Assembly (NCBI GenBank): GCA_046331705.1
Contig: JAXLQJ010000036.1
Coordinates: 1 to 64,000, forward strand
Reading direction: 5' to 3'
Source: a bacterium
GTDB lineage: Bacteria; JADJOY01
DNA length: 64,000 nt
Position numbers and translations under genes: made by a program
Notes under the pieces: model-generated
Told to the model about the DNA's origin: nothing
Database searches by the model: none
The model's input: only the letters and a program-made list of their open reading frames with translations
Shown here: in pieces, positions 27,438 through 36,354 of the stretch
Layout: every line of letters begins with the position of its first letter
Position numbering within the stretch: the stretch's first letter is position 1

Positions 27438-29021
27438 TCACGCGAACCAGCCGGGATCGAGGTCCGCCACGAACCCATCCTCGGCCTCGATCGCCGCGAG
27501 CCGCTGGACGTCGATCGCGTTCGCGCGCAGCTCGTGGGCGAGCGAGCGAAAGCGCGCGAGATGCTCGCGAATGCGTGCCTCGGCGTAGCCCGACACGGTC
27601 CCGGCGCGCAGGATGAAGCTCCAGTCGCTCGCCATCGCGAGCAACGCCTCGCGCCCGGCCTGTGCCAGCGCCCGGCGGCCGAGCTCGCTGCGCTCGGCGG
27701 CGAAATCCCGTGCGAGGCGCGTCATCTGCTCGGCGACCTCGCGCACCTCGCGGACCACCCACGCGTTGCGGGGATCGAGCCACGACTCGCGATAGCCGCC
27801 CGCCCCCCACGACGACGCGGACGGCATCGCCTCCTGCAGTCGCGGGCGAGCCGCGAGCTCCGCGCTCGGCGTCACCAGGGTCACGTCGTCGCGCTGCGCC
27901 GCCTCGCGGACCAGGGCGTCCAGGAAGATCGGCCCCTCGAACCACCAATGCCCGAAGAGCTCGGCGTCGAACGGAGCGACGAAGAGCGGGGCGCGGTGCA
28001 GCACCGGCGCGAGCGCGTTCGCCCGCGCCACGCGTCCCGCGAGGAAATCCCGCGCATCGGCGCACGCCTGGTGCGCGGCCGCATCCGGATCGTAGGCGCG
28101 CTTGCGATCCGAGCCGCGATCGGTGACGGCGTGGAGCTTGATGCCGGTCGGCCAGCCGCGTCCGGACTCGTCGAGCGCCGGCAGGTGGGGTCGGAGATCG
28201 CAGCTCTGCCCGAGGTCGCGATGGAACTCGCGGTAGAGCGGGTGCCCCGGGTACCCGGACTCGGCGCTCCACACCGCGTCCGAGGACTCGGGATCGCGAC
28301 CGAACATCGCCACCCCGCCGGGGGTGCACACCGGCGCGTACGGACCGAAGAGCGCAGGCGGATCGGCGGTCGCGAGCGCGTGGGCGTCCACCACCGACCA
28401 GCGAATGCCGAGCTCGGCGAGCAGGGGGTCGAGCGCTTCGACGAAGCCGCACTCGGGCAACCACAAGCCGAGTGGCGGCGCGCCGAAGCGGCGCGCGTGG
28501 CACGCGATCCCGGTGCAGAGCTGGGCGCGCATCGCCGCGTCGAGCCCTGCCAGATTGGGCAGGAACGCGTGGGTCGCGGCGGTGGTGAAGAGCTCGAGCG
28601 GCGCCCCGCGCGCGAGCGCCGCGAAAGCACCCAGCACGTCGCCGCCGAGCGCGCGATTGCGCGCCGCGACGCGCACCAGGTGCTCCCGGTGGTGCGCGAG
28701 CGGCGCGCTCAGCTCCGCGGCCCGATGTGGGCTCACGAGCTCGCGCTCGACCACCGCGAGCGCTGCAGCGATGCGTTCCTCCGAGCGGCGCCGAAGCAGC
28801 GGATCGTCGAGCATCGCGATGAGCGTCGGGCTCACGCTGAGCGCCAGCGCGAACGGCACGCGGTCGCGCACCCAGCCCTCGATGCGTTCGAGCAACGGCA
28901 GGTAGCAGTCGACCAGCGCCTGGACGAGCCACGCCTCTTCCAGCACGTCGTCCCGACCGGGGTGACGGACGTACGGCAGGTGCGCGTGCAGAACGATCGC
29001 GAGTCGCGCGCCGTCGTTCAT
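27438..29021 (-). CDS. GH57/DUF1957 1,4-alpha-glucan branching enzyme
   Basis: HAHLPYV, THAFLP, WLPECG (nucleophile Glu), YREFHRD, PFDAELFGHWWFEG (acid/base Asp), ASDW. Confidence 0.92.
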   Translation of the reverse strand: MNDGARLAIVLHAHLPYVRHPGRDDVLEEAWLVQALVDCYLPLLERIEGWVRDRVPFALALSVSPTLIAMLDDPLLRRRSEERIAAALAVVERELVSPHRAAELSAPLAHHREHLVRVAARNRALGGDVLGAFAALARGAPLELFTTAATHAFLPNLAGLDAAMRAQLCTGIACHARRFGAPPLGLWLPECGFVEALDPLLAELGIRWSVVDAHALATADPPALFGPYAPVCTPGGVAMFGRDPESSDAVWSAESGYPGHPLYREFHRDLGQSCDLRPHLPALDESGRGWPTGIKLHAVTDRGSDRKRAYDPDAAAHQACADARDFLAGRVARANALAPVLHRAPLFVAPFDAELFGHWWFEGPIFLDALVREAAQRDDVTLVTPSAELAARPRLQEAMPSASSWGAGGYRESWLDPRNAWVVREVREVAEQMTRLARDFAAERSELGRRALAQAGREALLAMASDWSFILRAGTVSGYAEARIREHLARFRSLAHELRANAIDVQRLAAIEAEDGFVADLDPGWFA

Positions 29022-29091
29022 GGCCGCGGTGGGGCGGCGAGCGGCGCCGCCGCGCTCGCTCCCGCGACGGCGGCGCAGCGCGGCGCGAGGC

Positions 29092-30378
29092 TCAGCGCTT
29101 CTTGTCGCGCAGCGCTTCGAGCGCCTTGCGCACCGCCCAGCCGCCGAGCTTGGCGATGCCGGTGGTGACCCGCAGCACGCCGCCCGCCGCTTGGACCAGG
29201 CCGCGCCCCAGCGACCCGAGACCGCCGACGAGCTGATCCCAGCCCGGTGGCGCGGCGCTGGCCGGCACCAGAGCGGTGCTCTCGCTCGGAGCCGGCACCG
29301 GAAGCTGGCGCTTCTCGAGTGCGGTGCTGACCGGCTTGGGCGCCACGTTCTCGCTCACCTCGGCGGAAGACCAGACACCTTCCGCTGCAGTGGGCTGATC
29401 GCCGTGCACGTCGACCGAAGCGGAGGCCGGCTCGAGCGTGCCCGCCTGTCGGCCCGGATCGGCGGCACTCGGCGCGTGGGGCGCCCGGGGCGCGGACGAC
29501 GGCGGCTCCGCTGGCGGCCACGACGCCGTCGCGCGGGGAATCGCGCGCTCCGTGGCGATCCCGACCGGTGTGCGCACGTGCGCGTCGGCGGCCTCGACGC
29601 GGTCGGCGCTTCCCGCAGCGCGGGCCATGACGGGCGTCGGGCGCGCGGCGAACGGCGCCCACGCCTCGCTGGCGCCGAGCCCGGGCACCCCGGGCGGCGC
29701 GCCTGCGGATTTCGACCAGCCGCCGAGCGGCGACGTGCTGGTCGCCTGCCTCGCGAGATCAACCAGGGCCTCGGGTGGTGGCGCCAGCACGCTCGGCGAC
29801 GCCGCGGCGAGATCCGTGGTCGAAGGTGCGGCGATCGTCGCAGCGTCCGCGACGGCGGCGGCTCGCTCGCCTGGCGACGCGGGCTGCGCCGGCTCGGGCG
29901 CCGCTGCGGGCGGCTCGATCGTGCGAAAGCGCAACCGCGCCGCATCCGGCGGCTCCCAGGTGGCCGGCACGGATCTCGGCATGGCGACCGTGCCGGAACG
30001 TGCGACGGCGACGAAGCTGCCGTCGTCGCCGACCAGCCCGATCTCCACGATCTGGCGCGTTCCTGGCTTGCTGACGCGCACGAACGCGTCGCGATCCGCG
30101 TCGCTGACGTCGAACTCGAGCACCGCGTACGCCGCTTCGGCGGCTTCCGTGCCGGTGACCTCGTGGGTCCGGAGCACCAGACGGCTGGCGAGGGCGCCGT
30201 GGCCGAGCCGAGCGCGCGCGGCGGCGAGCGCCTCGGTCGAGATGTCCCAATAGACGTAGATGACGGCGGGATCGCGCGCGAGCCCGACGATCCGCGCGCC
30301 GAGCTCGCCGGCGGTGGCATCGGCGGGCGACGGCGCGCCGATCGGGCGCGCGGACGAGAGCATGCGAGTGTTGTTCAC
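29092..30378 (-). CDS. DUF4912-domain protein with long Pro/Ala-rich region and basic amphipathic C-terminus
   Basis: RIVGLARDPAVIYVYWDIS...EIG......FVAVARS matches DUF4912; start uncertain (30378 GTG or 30363 ATG). Confidence 0.7.
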   Translation of the reverse strand: MNNTRMLSSARPIGAPSPADATAGELGARIVGLARDPAVIYVYWDISTEALAAARARLGHGALASRLVLRTHEVTGTEAAEAAYAVLEFDVSDADRDAFVRVSKPGTRQIVEIGLVGDDGSFVAVARSGTVAMPRSVPATWEPPDAARLRFRTIEPPAAAPEPAQPASPGERAAAVADAATIAAPSTTDLAAASPSVLAPPPEALVDLARQATSTSPLGGWSKSAGAPPGVPGLGASEAWAPFAARPTPVMARAAGSADRVEAADAHVRTPVGIATERAIPRATASWPPAEPPSSAPRAPHAPSAADPGRQAGTLEPASASVDVHGDQPTAAEGVWSSAEVSENVAPKPVSTALEKRQLPVPAPSESTALVPASAAPPGWDQLVGGLGSLGRGLVQAAGGVLRVTTGIAKLGGWAVRKALEALRDKKR

Positions 30379-30424
30379 GAGAGCCTCCGGGGACTCCCCT
30401 GATAGCAGTGTGGCACCGTGGCGG

Positions 30425-31078
30425 CTACCCCGCGCGGCGGCCGATCCAGGTGGTGCCGATCGGCCACGCCCGCGCCGGCGCAAGACGGTCGAGCCAGGCA
30501 AGGCGCTCGACACAGGCGAAACCCGCCCGCTTGAGCCCGAGCAGAGGCGCGGTCGGCGGCCACAGAAACCGGTAGAGGTGCGCCGCGACCGCCCCCACCC
30601 CGGCGAGCTTCCCGGGTCCCACGTGCTCGGTCACGAAGCCGGCGTCCTCGAGCAGCTCGCGAATGCCGTCGGGCGTGAAGCGCCAGCGATCGACCGGGTA
30701 GAGGTGCACTTCGTGAAGAAAGGGCACCCAGACGTAGAGCGGCGCCCCGGCTGCGAGCACGCGCGCGATCTCGCCGAGGACACGCGCGGGGCGATCGACG
30801 TGCTCGAGCACCGCGACCAGCAACGCCGCCTGCAACGCTCCGGACGCGAACGGCAACGACTCCAGATCCGCGACCACGTCCGGCCGCGCCGCGAGATCGC
30901 GATCGAGCGTCGCGAGCGCCCGCCCCGGGTCTGCGGCGAGTGGCGGGACACCGACGCCGAGATCCCATGCGCGGCGGCCGCGTGCAGGACCCGCCAGGAA
31001 CTCGGCGATCTCGCGCTCCGCGACGAACCGGGCCGGGGAGTGCAGGTAGCGCTCCGCAAGCGAGGGTCGCGCGCTCAC
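30425..31078 (-). CDS. Class I SAM-dependent methyltransferase (Methyltransf_11-like)
   Basis: WDLGVG, ADLESLPF, VLEHV, EIARVL..G, VPF...H.YP.D.WRFT; GTG overlaps the upstream stop. Confidence 0.85.
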   Translation of the reverse strand: MSARPSLAERYLHSPARFVAEREIAEFLAGPARGRRAWDLGVGVPPLAADPGRALATLDRDLAARPDVVADLESLPFASGALQAALLVAVLEHVDRPARVLGEIARVLAAGAPLYVWVPFLHEVHLYPVDRWRFTPDGIRELLEDAGFVTEHVGPGKLAGVGAVAAHLYRFLWPPTAPLLGLKRAGFACVERLAWLDRLAPARAWPIGTTWIGRRAG

Positions 31079-31710
31079 GGCTCGCGCTCGCGGGGAAGGC
31101 GCACCCATTCGCCGCGCTCGAAGTCGAAGCGCTTGACGGGCCGCGCTGGATTGCCCGCGACCACCGTCGCCGGGGGAACGTCGTCGATCACCACCGCGTT
31201 GGCGCCGATCACCGCGTTGTCGCCGATCGTGAGGCCGTGGGCACCGATGAGCGCCGCGCCGACGCCGATCCACACGCTGCGCCCGATTCGCACGAAGCCC
31301 GGCGTGGCGAGCCCCTGGTGCGCGATCGGCCGCGTGGGATCGGCGTACGCGTGGTTGTGATCGGTGATGTACGTGTGATGGGCGACGTACGACCAATCGC
31401 CGAGCTCGACGCGGTTGGCGGCGGTGATGCACGCCCGCATGCCCACGTACGAATCGTTGCCGATCGAGAGCCGTACACCTTCCGCGAAGCCGTGCTGGAC
31501 GTGCAGCCAGGCGTCGCGATCGATGGTCACGCGGTCGCCGAAGGCCATTCCCTCGGCGCCCTCGATGCGCAGCCCGGGCTCGAGCCGCACCGCGCTGCCG
31601 ACCGCCCCGAAGGGATGCGCCGCCAGGGGATCGGGCGTGGGCGAGAGGTACTCGCGCAGCGCCCGGAATCCACGCCCGAGCCAGCGACGCGTCGGTGATC
31701 GGATCGGCAT
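31075..31710 (-). CDS. Hexapeptide-repeat (left-handed beta-helix) O-acyltransferase
   Basis: ITDHNH, VRIGRSVWIG, IGDNAVIGANAVVIDDVP..TVVAGNPAR. Confidence 0.88.
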   Translation of the reverse strand: MPIRSPTRRWLGRGFRALREYLSPTPDPLAAHPFGAVGSAVRLEPGLRIEGAEGMAFGDRVTIDRDAWLHVQHGFAEGVRLSIGNDSYVGMRACITAANRVELGDWSYVAHHTYITDHNHAYADPTRPIAHQGLATPGFVRIGRSVWIGVGAALIGAHGLTIGDNAVIGANAVVIDDVPPATVVAGNPARPVKRFDFERGEWVRLPREREP

Positions 31711-31837
31711 CGTTGCCACCTCGCGAGCGTCGCGATGCGCGAATCGCGCGCGCCACGCGGCACGCGCGCCACCACCGTAGACGCGTCCGGGTCGCAACGC
31801 TACCATGCCGCCGCACTCGCATCGGGAGCTCGTCGCC

Positions 31838-32239
31838 ATGAGTCGAAGGACCGTGATCGCAAGCGCGCTCGCGCTCGCCGTCGTCGTGCTCGCCGGGCCG
31901 CTGGCGTGCAGCAAGAAGGACCAGGACCTCGTGACGCTTGGCGATCCCGCGGCCGGTGCGACCGACACCCTGACCGTCGGCCAGCTGCTCATGAACCTGG
32001 CGGGCGCCATGGACAAGCCCGTCAAGCTCAAGGCCGACCTCGGGCAGAAGGGCAACACGAGCGACGGCTACATCAGCCTGACGGTGGTGTCCGCCAGCGG
32101 GCCGTTCGAGATCCGCGTCGCCGAGAAGTATCGAGACGGCGTCGACAAGCTGAAGCCGAACGACCGCTTCATCGCCATCGGGCAGCTCGCCGCCGCGGGA
32201 TCCGAGGTGAACCCGCGGATGGTCTTCCAGGTCGACTGA
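31838..32239 (+). CDS. Hypothetical lipoprotein (possible OB-fold)
   Basis: Signal peptide with lipobox PLAC; strong GC3 codon bias; beta-rich pattern. Confidence 0.65.
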   Translation: MSRRTVIASALALAVVVLAGPLACSKKDQDLVTLGDPAAGATDTLTVGQLLMNLAGAMDKPVKLKADLGQKGNTSDGYISLTVVSASGPFEIRVAEKYRDGVDKLKPNDRFIAIGQLAAAGSEVNPRMVFQVD

Positions 32240-32312
32240 GCCCCCCAACTCGCTGGCTCGGCCCGTCGAGACCTCGCCGAGCCCGGTGCGCCGCGGAATC
32301 ACGAACCTCGCG

Positions 32313-33701
32313 ATGAGCCACGATTCCGCGTCGCCGGAACCCAACCGCAGGCGCGGCGCGCGTCGCGTCGCGCGCCTGCTGCTGATCGCGCTGCTCAGCG
32401 TTGCGGTGGTGCCGCTCGCGAGCGAGGAGGCGTGGTCGGCGGGCAGCACCCGCACCACTTCCAAGTCGTCGCGGACCAGCAGCAGCACCACCAAGCGCAA
32501 GACCACCAGCACGAAGAGCAAGCGCACCCAGCGCTCGCCCCGCACCGGCCGCGCCGCCAAGCCGGCCGCCGTGCCCGTCGGCAACCCCATCGACCATCTG
32601 GTCGGCCCGAGCGACGTGCTGGTGGTCGTGGGCCCCAACGGCGCGCGCATCCGGAACGTGAACCCGTCGCTCTCGTTCGTGCCCGCCTCGACGCTCAAGG
32701 TCGTGACCGCGCTGGTGGCGCTCGAGCGTCTCGGGCCGGAGTACCGGTTCAAGACCACGTTTCTCGTCGACGACGAAGGCCGCCTGGTGATCGAGGGCGG
32801 CGGTGACCCCTACCTGGTCTCCGAGGAGCTGGCGCTCATCGCGGACCGGCTGGCGGCGCGCGCGCCAGCGCGTGGGTTCACCGGCATCCGCGTCGACGAC
32901 TCCGCGTTCGCGCGCGGCCTCACCGTGCCCGGCTCCTCGGACACCGCGAACCCGTACGACGCCCCCGTGGGAGCCCTCTCCGCGAACTTCAACACCATCT
33001 CGGTGCGCCGCCTGAAGAACGGGCTGGCGAGCGGCGAGGCGCAGACGCCGCTCACGCCCACGGCGCGCGAGATCGCGATGGGCTGGAACTTCCGGAGCTG
33101 GGCGCGACTCAGCCTCCGCGACCCCGACGTCACGGCTCGCTACACGGGCGAGCTCATCGCCGCGATGCTGCGCGATCGCGGCGTGGCGGTGGGCGGGACG
33201 GTCGAGCGACTGGCGAGCCGGCCCGCCGGCCTCACCGCGCTCTACGTCCACGAGCAGAGCCGCCCACTGGCCGAGGTGCTGCGCGAGTGCCTGAAGACGT
33301 CGAGCAACTTCATCGCCAACCAGGTCTTCCTGACGATGGCGCTCGAGACGTACGGCGCGCCGGCGACGTTCGAGAAAGGCGCGCGGGTGGTGCTCGGACA
33401 CCTCGCCGCGCGCGGGCTCGCCGACGGCTTCCAGATCGTCGAGGGATCGGGACTGTCCCGCGACAACCAGGCGACGGCCGAGTCCTTCCTGCGTGTGCTC
33501 GCCGAGTTCGAGCCGTGGATCGGCCTGCTGCGCACCCACGAGGGCTCGCCGAGCAAGACCGGAACACTCTCGGGAACGCGGACGCTGGTGGGCTACTTCG
33601 ATCACGAGAAGCTCGGCCACCTGCACTACGTCATCTTCCTGGACGGCAATCGCAGTGGCGTGCGATTCGAGCTGGTTCGGCTGTTCCGCGACTACCTCTG
33701 A
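32313..33701 (+). CDS. dacB: D-Ala-D-Ala carboxypeptidase/endopeptidase (peptidase S13, PBP4)
   Basis: PASTLK (SxxK), GGGDP, SSN (SxN), [14 protein letters not shown]; signal peptide plus S/T/K-rich linker. Confidence 0.9.
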   Translation: MSHDSASPEPNRRRGARRVARLLLIALLSVAVVPLASEEAWSAGSTRTTSKSSRTSSSTTKRKTTSTKSKRTQRSPRTGRAAKPAAVPVGNPIDHLVGPSDVLVVVGPNGARIRNVNPSLSFVPASTLKVVTALVALERLGPEYRFKTTFLVDDEGRLVIEGGGDPYLVSEELALIADRLAARAPARGFTGIRVDDSAFARGLTVPGSSDTANPYDAPVGALSANFNTISVRRLKNGLASGEAQTPLTPTAREIAMGWNFRSWARLSLRDPDVTARYTGELIAAMLRDRGVAVGGTVERLASRPAGLTALYVHEQSRPLAEVLRECLKTSSNFIANQVFLTMALETYGAPATFEKGARVVLGHLAARGLADGFQIVEGSGLSRDNQATAESFLRVLAEFEPWIGLLRTHEGSPSKTGTLSGTRTLVGYFDHEKLGHLHYVIFLDGNRSGVRFELVRLFRDYL

Positions 33702-33774
33702 CCCTGGGGCGCGCCGCGACCGTCGGTCGGGCTCGCCACGCAAACGACCCGCAGGCTCGAGGAGAGGCTTCGTC

Positions 33775-34542
33775 ATGATCCTTCGCGACAAGGTGGCATT
33801 GGTGACCGGTGGTGCATCGGGGCTCGGCGAGGCGACCGTCCGACGGTTCCTGGACGAGGGCGCGCGGGTCGCGATCCTCGATCGCCCCGGCAGTCGCGGT
33901 GCCGAGGTCGCCGCGAGCGCCGCGGGACGCGCGATCTTCGTGCCGGCCGACGTGACCAGCGCCGACGGTGTGGCGAGCGCGGTCGCCGAGACGGTCGGCA
34001 AGCTCGGCCCGCTCTCGGTCGCGGTGAGCTGCGCCGGCACCGGCGCCGCGTTGCGCACGCTCACCAAGGAAGGACCGATGCCGCTCGACGTGTTCGAGAT
34101 GGTGATCCGCGTGAACTTGATCGGGACCTTCAACGTGATCCGGCTCGCCGCTGCGGAGATGGCGAAGAACGCGCCCGACGAGGGCGGTGAGCGCGGCGTG
34201 ATCGTCAACACGGCGTCCATCGCGGCGTACGACGGCCAGATCGGCCAGGCGGCCTATTCGGCTTCGAAGGGCGGCGTGGTGGGCATGACGCTGCCGATCG
34301 CGCGCGATCTCGCCTCGCTCGGCATCCGCTGCGTGACGATCGCGCCAGGCACCTTCGACACGCCCATGCTGGCGATGCTGCCCGACGACGCGCGTGCGGC
34401 GCTGGCGGCGCAGATTCCGTTCCCGCGCCGCCTCGGCAACCCCGCCGAGTACGCGGCCCTCGCCGCCCACGTGGTCGCGAACCCGATGCTCAACGGCGAA
34501 ACCATCCGTCTCGACGGCGCGCTGCGCATGCCGCCCAAATGA
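33775..34542 (+). CDS. SDR, 3-hydroxyacyl-CoA dehydrogenase type II (HSD17B10-like)
   Basis: [45 protein letters not shown]. Confidence 0.93.
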   Translation: MILRDKVALVTGGASGLGEATVRRFLDEGARVAILDRPGSRGAEVAASAAGRAIFVPADVTSADGVASAVAETVGKLGPLSVAVSCAGTGAALRTLTKEGPMPLDVFEMVIRVNLIGTFNVIRLAAAEMAKNAPDEGGERGVIVNTASIAAYDGQIGQAAYSASKGGVVGMTLPIARDLASLGIRCVTIAPGTFDTPMLAMLPDDARAALAAQIPFPRRLGNPAEYAALAAHVVANPMLNGETIRLDGALRMPPK

Positions 34543-34672
34543 TTCGCCGAGTGTTTCGGCCCGCTGGCGGGACCAGTCGCTGAGCACTCGAGGCGGCGTC
34601 ATCGGCTGACCTCGAGAATGCCGACGTGACACCGCGGCGCGGTGGCGACGAGCGATCGGAGTGGAGGGCACC

Positions 34673-36286
34673 ATGACCGAAGCGCGCCATCGGAAATTCT
34701 GGGGCTGGGGCTACGAGGACGCCGAGCCGAGCGCCGACGAGCTCGCCCCGCTCACGGCCTTGGTCGAAGCACGCTTCGGCGGTGGTGGGCTGGCGCCGGT
34801 CGCGGCGCCCCGGATCGCCGACGTCGAGATCCCGCCGAGCCGCGTGCGCGCGCCCGCGACCCTCGCGGCACGCTTCGAGACCTCGCCCCGCGAGCGCCTC
34901 GGCCACACCTACGGCAAATCGTTCCGCGACGTGGTGCGCGGGCTGCGGCGCGATTTCCCCAATCCGCCCGACGCCGTCGCCTACCCCAGCGACGAGGCGG
35001 AGCTGGCGGCGATCCTCGACTGGTGCGACTCGCAACGCTTCGTGGCGATCCCGTACGGCGGCGGCTCGAGCGTGGTCGGCGGAGTCGAGGCGCCGGCGCG
35101 CGACCAGCACGCGGGCGTGATCTCCATCGACCTCGGTCGGCTCGATCGCGTCCTCGAGATCGATCGCACCTCGCGCGCCGCGCGTATCCAGGCCGGCGTG
35201 CTCGGTCCCGCCCTCGAAGACCAGCTGCGGCCGCACGGCCTGACGCTGCGCCACTTCCCCCAATCCTTCGAGCTCAGCACCCTCGGTGGTTGGATCGCGA
35301 CGCGCTCGGGCGGGCACTACGCGACGGTGCTCACCCACATCGACGACATGGTCGAGTGTCTGCGCGTGGTCACGCCGACCGGCGTGGTGGCGACCCGGCG
35401 TCTGCCGTCCTCCGGCGCGGGCCCGAGCCCGGACCGGCTCTTCGTCGGTTCGGAAGGCATCCTCGGCATCGTCACCGAAGCATGGATGCGCCTTCAGGAT
35501 CGGCCGCGCTTTCGCGCCTCGACCGCCGTCTCGTTCGACGATTTCCTGCACGGCGCCGAAGCGGTTCGCGCGATCGCCCAAGCGGGGCTGATGCCCACGA
35601 ACTGCCGGCTCCTCGACCCCATCGAGGCCTTCAACTCGGGCACCAGCATGAGCGGCGAGACGATCCTGGTGGTGGGCTTCGAGTCCGCCGACCACCCGCT
35701 CGATGCCTGGATCGCGCGCGCGCTGGAGCTGTGTGGCGATCACGGCGGCCGCTTCGACGCCGGCAGTGCCCGCACCCGCGTCGAGCGCGACGGCATCGGC
35801 GACGAGGCCGTCGGCGCGTGGCGGCGCGCCTTCCTGCGCATGCCCTACGTCCGCGACGCGATGGCTCGCTTCGGCTTGATCGCCGAGACCTTCGAGACCG
35901 CCGTGACCTGGGATCGCTTCCCCGAGCTCGATGCGCGGGTGCGCGAGGCCACGCTCGACGCCGCGCGCCGCGTGTGCGGCGCCGCGGAGGTCACGTGCCG
36001 CTTCACGCACGTCTATCCCGACGGCCCCGCGCCCTACTACACCGTGCTCGCGCCGAGCCGCCTCGACCGTCAGCTCGAGCATTGGCTGGAGATCAAGAGT
36101 GCTGCGTCCGAGGCCATCCTCGCAGCCGGCGGCACCATCACCCATCACCATTCCGTCGGCCGCGATCACCGCCCCTGGTACGACCGCGAGCGACCGGCGG
36201 CCTTCGCGGCTGCGCTGGCCGCCGCCAAGCAGTCCCTGGATCCGCGCGCGATCCTGAACCCGGGCGTGCTCGTCGATCCACGCTGA
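34673..36286 (+). CDS. FAD-linked oxidase, alkyl-dihydroxyacetonephosphate synthase (AgpS)-like
   Basis: FWGWG, PYGGGSSVVGG, HFPQSFELSTLGGW, GSEGILG, THVYPDG, ITHHHSVG, DP..ILNPG. Confidence 0.85.
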   Translation: MTEARHRKFWGWGYEDAEPSADELAPLTALVEARFGGGGLAPVAAPRIADVEIPPSRVRAPATLAARFETSPRERLGHTYGKSFRDVVRGLRRDFPNPPDAVAYPSDEAELAAILDWCDSQRFVAIPYGGGSSVVGGVEAPARDQHAGVISIDLGRLDRVLEIDRTSRAARIQAGVLGPALEDQLRPHGLTLRHFPQSFELSTLGGWIATRSGGHYATVLTHIDDMVECLRVVTPTGVVATRRLPSSGAGPSPDRLFVGSEGILGIVTEAWMRLQDRPRFRASTAVSFDDFLHGAEAVRAIAQAGLMPTNCRLLDPIEAFNSGTSMSGETILVVGFESADHPLDAWIARALELCGDHGGRFDAGSARTRVERDGIGDEAVGAWRRAFLRMPYVRDAMARFGLIAETFETAVTWDRFPELDARVREATLDAARRVCGAAEVTCRFTHVYPDGPAPYYTVLAPSRLDRQLEHWLEIKSAASEAILAAGGTITHHHSVGRDHRPWYDRERPAAFAAALAAAKQSLDPRAILNPGVLVDPR

Positions 36287-36354
36287 GCCGCTCGCTCGCG
36301 GCGCCGTTGAGCCGTATGATCGGCGCCGCGCGGCACCGTCCCGCGCGTTGCGCC

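Noticed and set aside
32440..32570. Repetitive ACCACC/AGCAGC tract
   Set aside because: Encodes the Ser/Thr/Lys-rich linker of DacB; not a DNA repeat array.
34642..36354. 1053-aa ORF implying a long N-terminal extension of the beta-barrel protein
   Set aside because: The upstream part is an off-frame shadow of the AgpS-like gene; a signal peptide begins near 36355.
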